From contig JADLIA010000021.1 of the NCBI GenBank assembly GCA_020848515.1, positions 1 through 57,656 of the forward strand: a stretch of DNA of 57,656 nucleotides. The letters run 5' to 3'. A program made the translations under genes and the position numbers. The notes beneath the pieces were generated by a model. It saw only the letters and a program-made list of their open reading frames with translations, searched no databases and was not told where the DNA came from. The number at the start of each line of letters is the position of its first letter. The first letter of the stretch is position 1. This DNA comes from Rubrivivax sp. Its GTDB lineage: Bacteria; Pseudomonadota; Gammaproteobacteria; Burkholderiales; Burkholderiaceae_C. This document shows, in pieces, positions 28,386-37,541 of this stretch.

Positions 28386-28529
28386 GCTGGCATGCCCCCT
28401 GACGAAGTGACCTCGCCTGGTTGCGGCTCGATGACGGCAACGGCGCCGCCGTGGCGGTCGAGCCCATGCCCCATGTCGTCGCAGCTGCGGAGCGGCAAGG
28501 TCATGGCGCGCCAGCGCCGTCATTCGTCA

Positions 28530-28865
28530 TCAGAACGGGAACTTCATGCCCCCCGGCAACCCGGGCATGCCGGCGGGCATCAGCTTGCCCATCTTCTCGG
28601 CCGACAGCTCCTCGGCCTTGCGCACGGCGGCGTTGAAGGCGGCGGCCACCAGGTCTTCCAGCATGTCCTTGTCGTCGGCCAGCAGGCTGGGGTCGATGGT
28701 GACGCGCTTGACGTCGTGTTTGGCCGTCATCAGCACCTTGACCAGGCCGGCGCCGGATTCGCCCTCCACCTCCATCAGCGCCAGCTCATCCTGCGCCTTC
28801 TTCAGGTTGTCCTGCATGGCCTGGGCCTGCTTCATCAGGCCGGCGAGTTGTCCTTTGTTGAACAT
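28530..28865 (-). CDS. ybaB: YbaB/EbfC nucleoid-associated protein
   Basis: [29 protein letters not shown]; between dnaX and recR. Confidence 0.96.
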   Translation of the reverse strand: MFNKGQLAGLMKQAQAMQDNLKKAQDELALMEVEGESGAGLVKVLMTAKHDVKRVTIDPSLLADDKDMLEDLVAAAFNAAVRKAEELSAEKMGKLMPAGMPGLPGGMKFPF

Positions 28866-28985
28866 CGGTTCTTCCTTTCTTCAATGCGTGTTCCGGGGCT
28901 GTGGCCCAGGCGGCGGTGGCGCCATCGGCCGGCGGTGAGCACCGCCGCGCACCGCGCGGGTGGGTTCGTCTGCGGCGCGCCTCAT

Positions 28986-30941
28986 TCAGAGCGGTTTGAT
29001 GCTGCCCGGCACGATTTTCGCCCCAAAGTCGCGCATCATCTCCTGCACGAACGGGTCGGCCAGCAGCAGCGCCTCGGCCGCCTTCAGCCGGCGCGTGGCG
29101 TGGATGGCGTTGCGACGCGCCGGGCTGTCGCTGACCGGGCCGGAGTCGATCTGCAGGCGCACGCAGTGGCCGGCGTCGGCCAGCGCCGCCTGCAGGCGCT
29201 CGCGCACGCCGGACTGGGCCAGCGACTCGCTTTCCACCCGCAAGGTCCACTGCCGATCGGTGCGCGCCACCAGCTGCGACTGCAAGGCCAGCTCGCGCAC
29301 CAGGGCCGTCACGGCTTCGCGCGCCACCAGCTCCTGCACCAGCGCGTGCCAGAAGTCGCCTTCGGCGCCGGGCACCACCGGCGGCGGCGGGGCGTCGACC
29401 CGCAGGCGCGGCGCCGGCGCCGGCTCCTGGTCTCCTTCACGCACTTGAATTGCTATTGTTTCAGGAGCTACTGGCGCAATATGGTCGGGCGCTGGAGGTT
29501 GATTTTGTTCTTGAAAGCGGGTGCCGTTCGACGGCCGCACCGGCAGCGGCTGCAGCGCCGGCTGCGGGCGCGGCGCGGGCACCGGGCGGGCGGGTGGCGC
29601 GCCCTGCGTGTCCAGTTCGGCGTCGCGTTCCGTGACCGGTTGCGGCCGGGCGTCTGCGGCCGCACCCAGTTCTGCCGCACCCTGCTCTGCCGCAGCAGGG
29701 TCGTCGCTCGCCGCGACCGGCGCTGGCGCGGGCGCCTTCGCAGGCGGAGCGCTGGCGCCCTGCGGCGCGGGCGAGGCTTCAGGTGTTTTCAGGCTTTTTT
29801 TTTCAGCCGTGGCGCTGACCGTCTGGGCCTGGGTCGGCACCGGCTGGCGAAACGGCAGCAAGCGCAGCAGCGCCATGGTCAGACCGGTATATTCGTCCGG
29901 CGCCAGGCCCAGCTCGGACCGGCCGTGGATGCACAGGCTGTACAGCAGCTGCGTTTCGTCGGCCGGCAGGCGCGCGGCCAGGCGGGCGGTTTCCTGCGCG
30001 TCGGGGTCGGACGCGTCCACCGCAAGATCGGGCACGGCCTGCTGCACCGCCATGCGCTGCAGCACGCTGGCCATGTCTTCCAGCGTCTGGGCCGCCGAGT
30101 GGCCACTGGCGCGCAACTGCTCGCTGAGCGTCACCACGGTGCGGCCATCGCCGTCGGCCAGCGCGCCGATCAGGCTGAACACCACGCTGCGGTCCACGCT
30201 GCCCAGCATCTGGCGCACCGCGGATTCGCGCAGTTCACCGGAGCCGAAGGCAATGGCCTGGTCGGTCAGGCTGAGCGCGTCACGCATGGAGCCACGTGCG
30301 GCGCGCGCCAGCAGGCGCAGCGCGGCCGGCTCGGCCGCCACCGCCTCGGCCGCCAGCACGCGCGTCAGGTGGTCCAGCACGGTCTCGGGCGCCATGGGGC
30401 GCAGGTTGAACTGCAGGCAGCGCGACAGCACCGTCACCGGCACCTTCTGCGGGTCGGTGGTGGCGAGCACGAACTTGAGGTATTCGGGCGGCTCCTCCAG
30501 CGTCTTGAGCATGGCGTTGAAGGCGTGGCCGGTGAGCATGTGCACTTCGTCGATCATGAAGACCTTGAAGCGCCCCTGCACCGGCTTGTAGACGGCCTGC
30601 TCCAGCAGCTGCTGCACCTCGTCGACGCCGCGGTTGCTGGCGGCGTCCAGTTCGGTGTAGTCGACAAAGCGGCCGGCGTCGATGTCGGCACAGGCCGGGC
30701 ACACGCCGCAGGGCGTGGCGGTGATGCCGCCCTGCCCGTCGGCGCCGGTGCAGTTGAGCGACTTGGCCAGGATGCGCGACACCGTGGTCTTGCCCACGCC
30801 GCGCGTGCCGGTGAACAGGTAGGCGTGATGCAGGCGCTGCTGCGTCAGCGCGTTGGTGAGGGCCTGGACGACATGCTCCTGCCCCACCATCTCGGAGAAA
30901 TTCCGCGGCCGGTATTTGCGGGCCAGCACCAGATACGACAT
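28986..30941 (-). CDS. dnaX: DNA polymerase III subunit gamma/tau
   Basis: LARKYRP, GTRGVGKTT, IDEVHML, SRC, GSMRDA. Confidence 0.98.
   Translation of the reverse strand: MSYLVLARKYRPRNFSEMVGQEHVVQALTNALTQQRLHHAYLFTGTRGVGKTTVSRILAKSLNCTGADGQGGITATPCGVCPACADIDAGRFVDYTELDAASNRGVDEVQQLLEQAVYKPVQGRFKVFMIDEVHMLTGHAFNAMLKTLEEPPEYLKFVLATTDPQKVPVTVLSRCLQFNLRPMAPETVLDHLTRVLAAEAVAAEPAALRLLARAARGSMRDALSLTDQAIAFGSGELRESAVRQMLGSVDRSVVFSLIGALADGDGRTVVTLSEQLRASGHSAAQTLEDMASVLQRMAVQQAVPDLAVDASDPDAQETARLAARLPADETQLLYSLCIHGRSELGLAPDEYTGLTMALLRLLPFRQPVPTQAQTVSATAEKKSLKTPEASPAPQGASAPPAKAPAPAPVAASDDPAAAEQGAAELGAAADARPQPVTERDAELDTQGAPPARPVPAPRPQPALQPLPVRPSNGTRFQEQNQPPAPDHIAPVAPETIAIQVREGDQEPAPAPRLRVDAPPPPVVPGAEGDFWHALVQELVAREAVTALVRELALQSQLVARTDRQWTLRVESESLAQSGVRERLQAALADAGHCVRLQIDSGPVSDSPARRNAIHATRRLKAAEALLLADPFVQEMMRDFGAKIVPGSIKPL
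29452..29492 (-). repeat. Dispersed 41-bp motif copy 11 (inside dnaX linker)
   Basis: Minus strand: ttcaagaacaaaatcaacctcca GCGC ccgaccatatt GCGC cagta GCTC ctgaaacaa TAGC. Confidence 0.9.
29779..29803 (-). other. Candidate slippage/frameshift site in dnaX (A9 run)
   Basis: GAA AAA AAA AGC; TGA stops in +1 frame (29789-29791) and -1 frame (29779-29781). Confidence 0.75.
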
Positions 30942-31111
30942 GCGGCGATTCTACGTGGCGGGAAAAGCATGGCCCGAATTAGAGACCCGCCTCGAATACC
31001 GACGCACAAATGCAACGGAATGCACCCGACGGGCCAGAAACCGGATATGCTGCAATGCAGCAAGCGCTTGCTCCATGATGGCTTGCCCCGCCACGGTTCA
31101 CTCTGTACGCC

Positions 31112-31354
31112 ATGATGGACGTTTTCGAGAGCCACGACACGATCGTCATTCAGACCGACGCCGATCCGCGCATCGCGGCCTTGGTCGGTGCCCTGACAGA
31201 CTGCATCCACCCCCGCGCAGCGCGCCTGAAGGCACGGCTGGCGGCCGACCCGGACGATGAACAGCTTGGCCAGTTGCGCGCCGAGGTGCTGAACCTGGTG
31301 GCCATGAGTTTCGGCTTGGCCGAAGCCGAACGCCGTCTGCAAGCCGTACAATAG
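31112..31354 (+). CDS. Small hypothetical protein (80 aa)
   Basis: Plausible codon usage and helical sequence; fills dnaX-ffs gap; no recognised motif. Confidence 0.6.
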   Translation: MMDVFESHDTIVIQTDADPRIAALVGALTDCIHPRAARLKARLAADPDDEQLGQLRAEVLNLVAMSFGLAEAERRLQAVQ

Positions 31355-31359
31355 CCAGC

Positions 31360-31453
31360 GACGGGCCTTCCCGCATGGTGAAGGAGCCAACCGGGTCAGG
31401 TGGGGAACCAAGCAGCCCTAACTTTGTAGTCAGTGCCGGGGTCAAGGCTCGTC
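31360..31453 (+). ncRNA. ffs: Signal recognition particle RNA (4.5S)
   Basis: Domain IV-like GTCAGGTGGGGAACCAAGCAGC, complementary ends GACGGGCC/GGCTCGTC, TACAAT -10 at 31347-31352, next to dnaX. Confidence 0.9.
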
Positions 31454-31542
31454 ACCCCCCATTCCTGTTCCAGCCCAGCCGTCGATTCGCGTGGGATGGG
31501 CTGGCGCCCCGGGCGCCCGACCCGATCGGCCGCACCGCGCGA

Positions 31543-31800
31543 TCAGCGCAGGGCGCGTGACTGGCGGCGATTGACGTCGAAGGGCGACTTCGACAGCAGG
31601 GTGGTGAGGGCGCCGGACAGCATCATCACCGCCCAGAAAATGAAGAACGTGACGGTGTAGACGCCTTCGCGCGACCAGCCCGAGGGTTCGCCAAGCAGCG
31701 TCAGCGCCTGCGGGTCGAGCACCGCAAACACCATGAACTCCAGCACGGCCGCCATCAGAAACGCTGGCCACGCAATCCACATCAGTCGCTCTCGCAGCAT
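31543..31800 (-). CDS. Small membrane protein at the end of the cbb3 cluster
   Basis: Two TM segments (MWIAWPAFLMAAVLE..., GVYTVTFFIFW); AGGGG RBS. Confidence 0.75.
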   Translation of the reverse strand: MLRERLMWIAWPAFLMAAVLEFMVFAVLDPQALTLLGEPSGWSREGVYTVTFFIFWAVMMLSGALTTLLSKSPFDVNRRQSRALR

Positions 31801-31837
31801 CGCGGTTTGTCCCCTTTGAATTTGACCTGGATCATTA

Positions 31838-32137
31838 TCACTGGTTCGGGCCGGTGCCGTGGTTCGGCGCTGGTCTGGCGACGCCCCCGGTGGCCGCATG
31901 GTTGCGCGCCTGCATGGCGGGCGACATGCGGCCGGCGTCGCCGCCATCCTTGGCTTGCGACGATCGGGCGGCACCCCTGGACGCATCCCCATACACCGGG
32001 TCGGGCGTGCGGACCGCCAGATAGATCGTGACGATGGAGGCCAGCACCACGATCAGCGGCCCGGCGATGACCAGCCACATGTGGCCGAATTTCCACCAGG
32101 GGCTGGGTGGGGTAGAAGCAGGGTCGGACATGGTCAT
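31838..32137 (-). CDS. fixH: FixH/CcoH-like membrane-anchored protein (short)
   Basis: PWWKFGHMWLVIAGP N-terminus directly after ccoG. Confidence 0.75.
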   Translation of the reverse strand: MTMSDPASTPPSPWWKFGHMWLVIAGPLIVVLASIVTIYLAVRTPDPVYGDASRGAARSSQAKDGGDAGRMSPAMQARNHAATGGVARPAPNHGTGPNQ

Positions 32138-33561
32138 CACCTCGGCACCATGAAGATGGACTTTTCGCGCACTTCGCCGACGCCGGGCGCGGTCACGCGG
32201 AAATGAATGGTGTGAGAGCCGCTGCTGGCGCTGCCGTAGGGCAGTCGCAGCTGCACAGGCACCCACAGGCTCTGCGCGCCGTCGACGGTCACGCTCTTGT
32301 CGGAGGCGATTTCCAGACCCGGCAGGTCTTCCACCGAAAGCTGGAAGGTCTGCGGCTTTTCGGTCGCGTTCATCACCTGGATGCGGTACACGTTTTCGAT
32401 CTGGTTGCCATCGACCAGGCGCGCCAGGGTGGCGCGGTCGCGCACGATGTCCACCTTGAACGGTGTGCGCAGCACCAGACTGGCGATCAGCGCGACCACC
32501 ACCGCAGACAGGATGGCCACGTAGATCAGCACGCGCGGACGCAGCACCTGGCGCAGGATCTCCTTGCGGCCCCAGCCCTGTTCCAGTGCATGCTCGGTGG
32601 AGTAGCGGATCAGGCCACGCGGGTAGCCGACCTTGTCCATCACCTCGTCACAGACGTCGATGCAGGCGGCGCAACTGATGCACTCATACTGCAGACCGTT
32701 TCGGATGTCGATCCCGGTCGGACAAACCTGCACACACAACGTGCAGTTGACGCAGTCACCCAATCCCAGCGCCTTGGGATCGGCGCTCTTGGAGCGCCCG
32801 CCGCGCGGCTCGCCACGCTTGGCGTCGTAGGTGACGATCAGGGTGTCCTTGTCGAACATCGCGCTCTGGAAGCGCGCGTACGGGCACATGTACATGCACA
32901 CCTGCTCGCGCATGAAGCCGGCGTTGCCATAGGTGGCAAAGCCGTAGAAGAAGATCCAGAAGATCTCCCATGCGCCCAGGTTCCACTGCAGCACATGCTG
33001 CGCCAACTCGCGGATGGGCGTGAAGTAGCCGACGAAGGTAAAGCCCGTCCACAGGCCGAAAGCGATCCACACCGCCTGCTTGAGCGCCTTGCGCCCGAAC
33101 TTGGCGGCCGACATCGGCGCCGCGTCCAGCCGCATGCGCGCTGAACGGTCGCCCTCGATCATGCGCTCGAACCACAGGTAGATCTCGGTGTAGACAGTCT
33201 GCGGACAGGCGTAGCCACACCACTGGCGTCCGGCCACCGCCGTGAACAGAAACAGCGACAGCGCCGAAATGATCAGGATCGCGGTCAGGTAGATCACGTC
33301 CTGCGGGTAGAGCACCAGCCCGAAGATGTAGAAGCGTCGCGCCTCCAGATCGAACAACATGGCCTGCCGCTCGCCCCACTGGAGCCACGGCATGCCGTAG
33401 AAGAAAATCTGAGTCGCAAAAACGAAGAACCAGCGCCACTTGGCAAACAGTCCGGTGACGCTGCGGGGATACACCTTCTTGTGCGCCTGATACAGCGACA
33501 CCATGGTGTCTTCGCCCGCCGCCGCCGCGACCTTCTTCGGAGATGGGGTTGGATTGCTCAC
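32137..33561 (-). CDS. ccoG: Cytochrome c oxidase accessory protein CcoG/FixG
   Basis: WCGYACPQT, CMYMCPYARFQ, CVNCTLCVQVCPTGIDIR, CISCAACIDVC. Confidence 0.97.
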   Translation of the reverse strand: MSNPTPSPKKVAAAAGEDTMVSLYQAHKKVYPRSVTGLFAKWRWFFVFATQIFFYGMPWLQWGERQAMLFDLEARRFYIFGLVLYPQDVIYLTAILIISALSLFLFTAVAGRQWCGYACPQTVYTEIYLWFERMIEGDRSARMRLDAAPMSAAKFGRKALKQAVWIAFGLWTGFTFVGYFTPIRELAQHVLQWNLGAWEIFWIFFYGFATYGNAGFMREQVCMYMCPYARFQSAMFDKDTLIVTYDAKRGEPRGGRSKSADPKALGLGDCVNCTLCVQVCPTGIDIRNGLQYECISCAACIDVCDEVMDKVGYPRGLIRYSTEHALEQGWGRKEILRQVLRPRVLIYVAILSAVVVALIASLVLRTPFKVDIVRDRATLARLVDGNQIENVYRIQVMNATEKPQTFQLSVEDLPGLEIASDKSVTVDGAQSLWVPVQLRLPYGSASSGSHTIHFRVTAPGVGEVREKSIFMVPR

Positions 33562-33650
33562 GCCTGCCTGTCCGTCAGTGGTCGGCCCATGCAGGATTCG
33601 GACCCTGAACGGGCGATGATCCAGGCGGCGCCGACGTCAACCACCTGACC

Positions 33651-33676
33651 AAGGAAAACGGGGCGCCATGCGCCCC
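33651..33676 (-). terminator. Terminator after ccoNOQP
   Basis: Minus strand GGGGCGC-ATG-GCGCCCC-GTTTTCCTT. Confidence 0.65.
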
Positions 33677-33792
33677 CCGAATCCACTCTGTCTCCTGCGG
33701 GTTGTGATTGTGATGTGGTCACCAAGCCGGGTCTACCCGCCCCCGGAGGCGGCCGCGAGGAAGATTTCCATCGCCCGCCGCACGGTTTCACC

Positions 33793-35070
33793 TCAGCCGA
33801 GGGAGACTTCGACGCGACGCGCCTGGGCGTCGGCGCCGGCATCGATGTTGGCCGGCTTCTTCAGCTCCACCTGGTCTTCGCCCACCCCCAGCGCCTTGAG
33901 CTGGTCACGCACCGCGATCGCCCGCTGCTTGGCCAGTTCGGCATTCTGCTCGGCATTGCCGGTGGAATCGACGAAGCCGCTGATCACGGCCTTCTTGCCT
34001 GCCTTCACCCCTTCCAGGATGTCGGCCAGCGCCTTGTCGGCCTCGGGCGCCAGATCGGCCTTGCCGGTGGCAAAGAAGAACTTGACCACGCCACCTTCGA
34101 CCACCACGGAGGCCGTATCGGCGGCGGCTGCGCCCGCCTTCGAGGTGGCGGCCGCGGCGGCATCCGCCACACCGCCGCCCTTGCCCCAGACATAGGCCGT
34201 CAACACCGCCAGTTGCTCGGGTGTGAACTTGCTTTCCCACGCAGGCATGACGCCGGTCTTGCCGTTGTTGATCATGTTGACGACATGCGACTCCACGCCC
34301 GGACCATGCACCCAGATGTTGTCGGTCAGGTTGGGAGCACCCAACAGCGGGTTGCCCTTGCCATCGGCCCCGTGGCAGGCCGCACAGACCGCAAACTTGG
34401 GCTTGCCCAGGTTGGCGCGCACCGAATCGTGCGGACCGCCCGACAGGCTGAGCACGTAGTTGGCCAGATTGCGCACGTCGTCCCCACTGCCCACGGCCGC
34501 GCCCATCGGGGTCATCACGCCGGTGCGCCCCTTGGTGATGGATTCGTGAATCTGCTCCGGCTTGCCGCCCCACAGCCAGTCACCGTCGGTCAGGTTGGGA
34601 AAACCGGTGGAGCCGCGCGCGTCCGAGCCGTGGCACTGGGCGCAGTTGTTCATGAACAGGCGATCGCCGATCGCCATGGCCTGCGGATCCTTGGCCAGCT
34701 CGGCTGCGCTCTTGCCGGCAAACGCGGCATAGATGGGCGCCACCTGCTCGTTGCCACGCGCCACCTCACGCTCGAACTGATCGGTCTGCGACCAGTTCAG
34801 GGAACCCTGGTAGGTGCCCAGACCCGGGTACAGGAACAGGTACGCCAGCGAAAACACGCAGGTGATGATGAACAGGCCCACCCACCAGCGCGGCAGCGGG
34901 TTGTTCATCTCCCGCAGATCCTGATCCCACACATGCCCGGTGGTGTTGTCGCTGTCGGTCATGGCCTTGGTCTTGCCACTGACCCACAGCAGCAGCAGGC
35001 AGCCGATGATGCCGGCGATCGTGATTCCCGCCACGTACACCGACCAGAAATTGCTCGTAAAGTCGCTCAT
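33793..35070 (-). CDS. ccoP: cbb3-type cytochrome c oxidase subunit III with C-terminal OmpA-like domain
   Basis: TTGHVWD, NNPLPRWW, two CxxCH (CAQCH, CAACH), then FATGKADL...GFVDSTG...NAELAKQRA...RRVEV. Confidence 0.95.
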   Translation of the reverse strand: MSDFTSNFWSVYVAGITIAGIIGCLLLLWVSGKTKAMTDSDNTTGHVWDQDLREMNNPLPRWWVGLFIITCVFSLAYLFLYPGLGTYQGSLNWSQTDQFEREVARGNEQVAPIYAAFAGKSAAELAKDPQAMAIGDRLFMNNCAQCHGSDARGSTGFPNLTDGDWLWGGKPEQIHESITKGRTGVMTPMGAAVGSGDDVRNLANYVLSLSGGPHDSVRANLGKPKFAVCAACHGADGKGNPLLGAPNLTDNIWVHGPGVESHVVNMINNGKTGVMPAWESKFTPEQLAVLTAYVWGKGGGVADAAAAATSKAGAAAADTASVVVEGGVVKFFFATGKADLAPEADKALADILEGVKAGKKAVISGFVDSTGNAEQNAELAKQRAIAVRDQLKALGVGEDQVELKKPANIDAGADAQARRVEVSLG

Positions 35071-35103
35071 TTTTGAATTCCTTGCCTGTCGGGTTGCTCC
35101 GGG

Positions 35104-35244
35104 TCAATCCTGCTGCTCGAATGGCAGTTGCGCCGCTTCGTCGAAGCGCTCTCGGTTGCGTGCGGACCAGGCCCAGACCACGATGCCGATGAAGAGCACG
35201 AAGGACAGCACAGTGACAATGCTGCGCAACAGGTTGATGTCCAT
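35104..35244 (-). CDS. ccoQ: cbb3-type cytochrome c oxidase subunit IV (46 aa, absent from ORF track)
   Basis: MDINLLRSIVTVLSFVLFIGIVVWAWSARNRERFDEAAQLPFEQQD between ccoO and ccoP. Confidence 0.92.
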   Translation of the reverse strand: MDINLLRSIVTVLSFVLFIGIVVWAWSARNRERFDEAAQLPFEQQD

Positions 35245-35264
35245 GACGGAGGCTCCCATGCTGC

Positions 35265-35882
35265 TTATTTGCGATGGATGCCCAGCACCTGCAGGTAGGC
35301 AATCACGGCATCCATCTCCGTCTTGCCCTTGACCTCTTCCGGCGCCTTGGCGATTTCCTCATCCGTGTACGGTGCGCCCAGGGTGCGCAGACCACGCATG
35401 TGGGCCTGGATCGTGCCGGCGTTGGCGGCGGTGCGCTCCAGCCACGGATAGGCAGGCATGTTCGATTCGGGCACCACGTCACGCGGGTTGTTCAGGTGGG
35501 CGCGGTGCCAGTCGTCGCTGTAGCGCCCACCCACGCGGGCCAGGTCGGGGCCGGTGCGCTTGCTGCCCCACTGGAACGGGTGGTCGTAGACGAACTCGCC
35601 GGCCACCGAGTACGGCCCGTAGCGCAGTGCCTCGGCGCGGAACGGCCGGATCATCTGCGAGTGGCAGTTGTAGCAACCCTCGCGCACATAGACGTCGCGG
35701 CCGACCACCTGCAGGGCGGTGTAGGGCTTGAGCCCCTCGATCGGCTGGGTGGTGGACTTCTGGAAGAACAGCGGAACGATTTCGACCAATCCGCCGATGG
35801 ACACCACCAGAAGAATCAGCACGATCATCAGAAAGTTGCTGGTTTCGACCTTGGCGTGGCCGGTGACTTTTTCTTGTGCCAT
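35265..35882 (-). CDS. ccoO: cbb3-type cytochrome c oxidase subunit II
   Basis: [32 protein letters not shown]. Confidence 0.98.
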   Translation of the reverse strand: MAQEKVTGHAKVETSNFLMIVLILLVVSIGGLVEIVPLFFQKSTTQPIEGLKPYTALQVVGRDVYVREGCYNCHSQMIRPFRAEALRYGPYSVAGEFVYDHPFQWGSKRTGPDLARVGGRYSDDWHRAHLNNPRDVVPESNMPAYPWLERTAANAGTIQAHMRGLRTLGAPYTDEEIAKAPEEVKGKTEMDAVIAYLQVLGIHRK

Positions 35883-35899
35883 GACTGCTCAACTCCTCC

Positions 35900-37336
35900 T
35901 CAGGCGTGCGCGGCAACCGCAGGGATCTGCACCGGCACCACACGGCCCGCCGTGGCCGTCTTGATGGTGTTCCACAGCATGATGAGCATGCCACCCAGAT
36001 ACAGCAGGCCACCCATCAGACGCAGCACGTAGAAGGGGTAGGTCGCCTTCACCGATTCGACGAAGGTGTAGGTCAGGGTGCCGTCGGGGTTGACGGCGCG
36101 CCACATCAGGCCCTGCATCACACCGGCAATCCACATCGCGGCGATGTAGAGCACGATGCCCACGGTGGCGACCCAGAAGTGGACTTCGATGGCCTTGACG
36201 CTGTGCATCTGCTTCTGCCCGAACAGACGCGGGATCAGGTAGTACATCGAGCCCATGGTGATCAGGCCGACCCAGCCCAGGGCACCAGAGTGGACGTGGC
36301 CCACGGTCCAGTCGGTGTAGTGCGACAGGGCGTTGACGGTCTTGATCGACATCATCGGCCCCTCGAAGGTCGACATGCCGTAGAACGACAGCGAGACGAT
36401 CAGGAAGCGCAGGATCGGGTCATCACGCAGTTTGTGCCAGGCGCCCGAGAGGGTCATGATGCCGTTGATCATGCCGCCCCAGCTGGGCGCCAGCAGGATC
36501 AGAGAGAAGATCATGCCCACCGACTGCGCCCAGTCGGGCAGCGCGGTGTAGTGCAGGTGGTGCGGACCGGCCCACATGTAGGTGAAGATCAGCGCCCAGA
36601 AGTGCACGATGGACAGCCGATAGCTGTAGACCGGGCGCTCGGCCTGCTTGGGAATGAAGTAGTACATCATCCCCAGGAAACCAGCGGTCAGGAAGAAGCC
36701 CACGGCGTTGTGGCCATACCACCACTGCACCATCGCATCCTGCACCCCGGCGTAGGCCGAGTAGGACTTCATCAGTCCGACCGGCAGCTCGGCGCTGTTG
36801 ACCACATGCAGCAGCGCAATGGCCAGAATGAAGCCGCCGTAGAACCAGTTGGCCACATAGATGTGGCGCACGCGGCGCGTGCCGACGGTGCCGAAGAACA
36901 CCACCGCGTAGGCCACCCAGACCAGGGTGATGAGCACGTCGATCGGCCACTCCAGCTCGGCGTACTCCTTGCTGGTGGTGTAGCCGAGCGGCAGGGAAAT
37001 GGCCGCGGCGACGATGACCAGCTGCCAGCCCCAGAACGTGAATGCCGCCAGCTTGTCGGAGAACAGCCGCACCTGGCAGGTGCGCTGCACCACGTAGTAC
37101 GAGGTTCCGATGAGGCCGCTGCCGCCGAAGGCGAAGATCACCGCGTTGGTGTGCAGCGGTCGCAAGCGGCCATAGCTGAGCCATGGAATGCCGAAGTTCA
37201 GTTCAGGCCATGCCAGTTGCGCGGCGATGATCACGCCGACCAGCATCCCCACCACGCCCCAGACGATCGTCATGATGGCGAATTGCCTGACCACTTTGTC
37301 GTTATAGACAGTAGCCTGTGTGTTGGCGAATGTCAT
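35900..37336 (-). CDS. ccoN: cbb3-type cytochrome c oxidase subunit I
   Basis: [32 protein letters not shown]; ATG chosen from GAGGT RBS. Confidence 0.98.
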   Translation of the reverse strand: MTFANTQATVYNDKVVRQFAIMTIVWGVVGMLVGVIIAAQLAWPELNFGIPWLSYGRLRPLHTNAVIFAFGGSGLIGTSYYVVQRTCQVRLFSDKLAAFTFWGWQLVIVAAAISLPLGYTTSKEYAELEWPIDVLITLVWVAYAVVFFGTVGTRRVRHIYVANWFYGGFILAIALLHVVNSAELPVGLMKSYSAYAGVQDAMVQWWYGHNAVGFFLTAGFLGMMYYFIPKQAERPVYSYRLSIVHFWALIFTYMWAGPHHLHYTALPDWAQSVGMIFSLILLAPSWGGMINGIMTLSGAWHKLRDDPILRFLIVSLSFYGMSTFEGPMMSIKTVNALSHYTDWTVGHVHSGALGWVGLITMGSMYYLIPRLFGQKQMHSVKAIEVHFWVATVGIVLYIAAMWIAGVMQGLMWRAVNPDGTLTYTFVESVKATYPFYVLRLMGGLLYLGGMLIMLWNTIKTATAGRVVPVQIPAVAAHA

Positions 37337-37393
37337 TTCCACCTCTTACTTGAAAAACCCTACGCAGTGTCCGCGAAGCTATTGTGGTTTTGA

Positions 37394-37407
37394 TTGACGT
37401 GCGTCAA
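37394..37407. promoter_or_regulatory. FNR/Anr-type box upstream of ccoN
   Basis: TTGAC-GTGC-GTCAA within palindrome TGATTGACG-TG-CGTCAATCA; consensus TTGAT-N4-ATCAA. Confidence 0.75.
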
Positions 37408-37541
37408 TCATGCTCGAAAATCCGCTCGCCCTCGCGCTCGACGTCGTCGAACTGGCCACGGTAGATGGCCCACCACAACGCGGCGAGGATGAAAAACACC
37501 AGCACCACCGACAGCGGAATCAGCAGATAAAGAATGTCCAT
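37404..37541 (-). CDS. ccoS: cbb3 oxidase assembly protein CcoS
   Basis: MDILYLLIPLS...WAIYRGQFDD; TGATG coupling to ccoI. Confidence 0.93.
   Translation of the reverse strand: MDILYLLIPLSVVLVFFILAALWWAIYRGQFDDVEREGERIFEHD

Noticed and set aside
27114-31115. 1333-aa plus-strand ORF
   Set aside because: Antisense shadow of cobB-recR-ybaB-dnaX; no domain motifs; long stop-free antisense frames are expected at this GC content.
33703-33723. CRP-like site TGTGA...TCAC between ccoP and ccoG
   Set aside because: Half-site spacing is 5 nt rather than 6, and the second half-site is imperfect.
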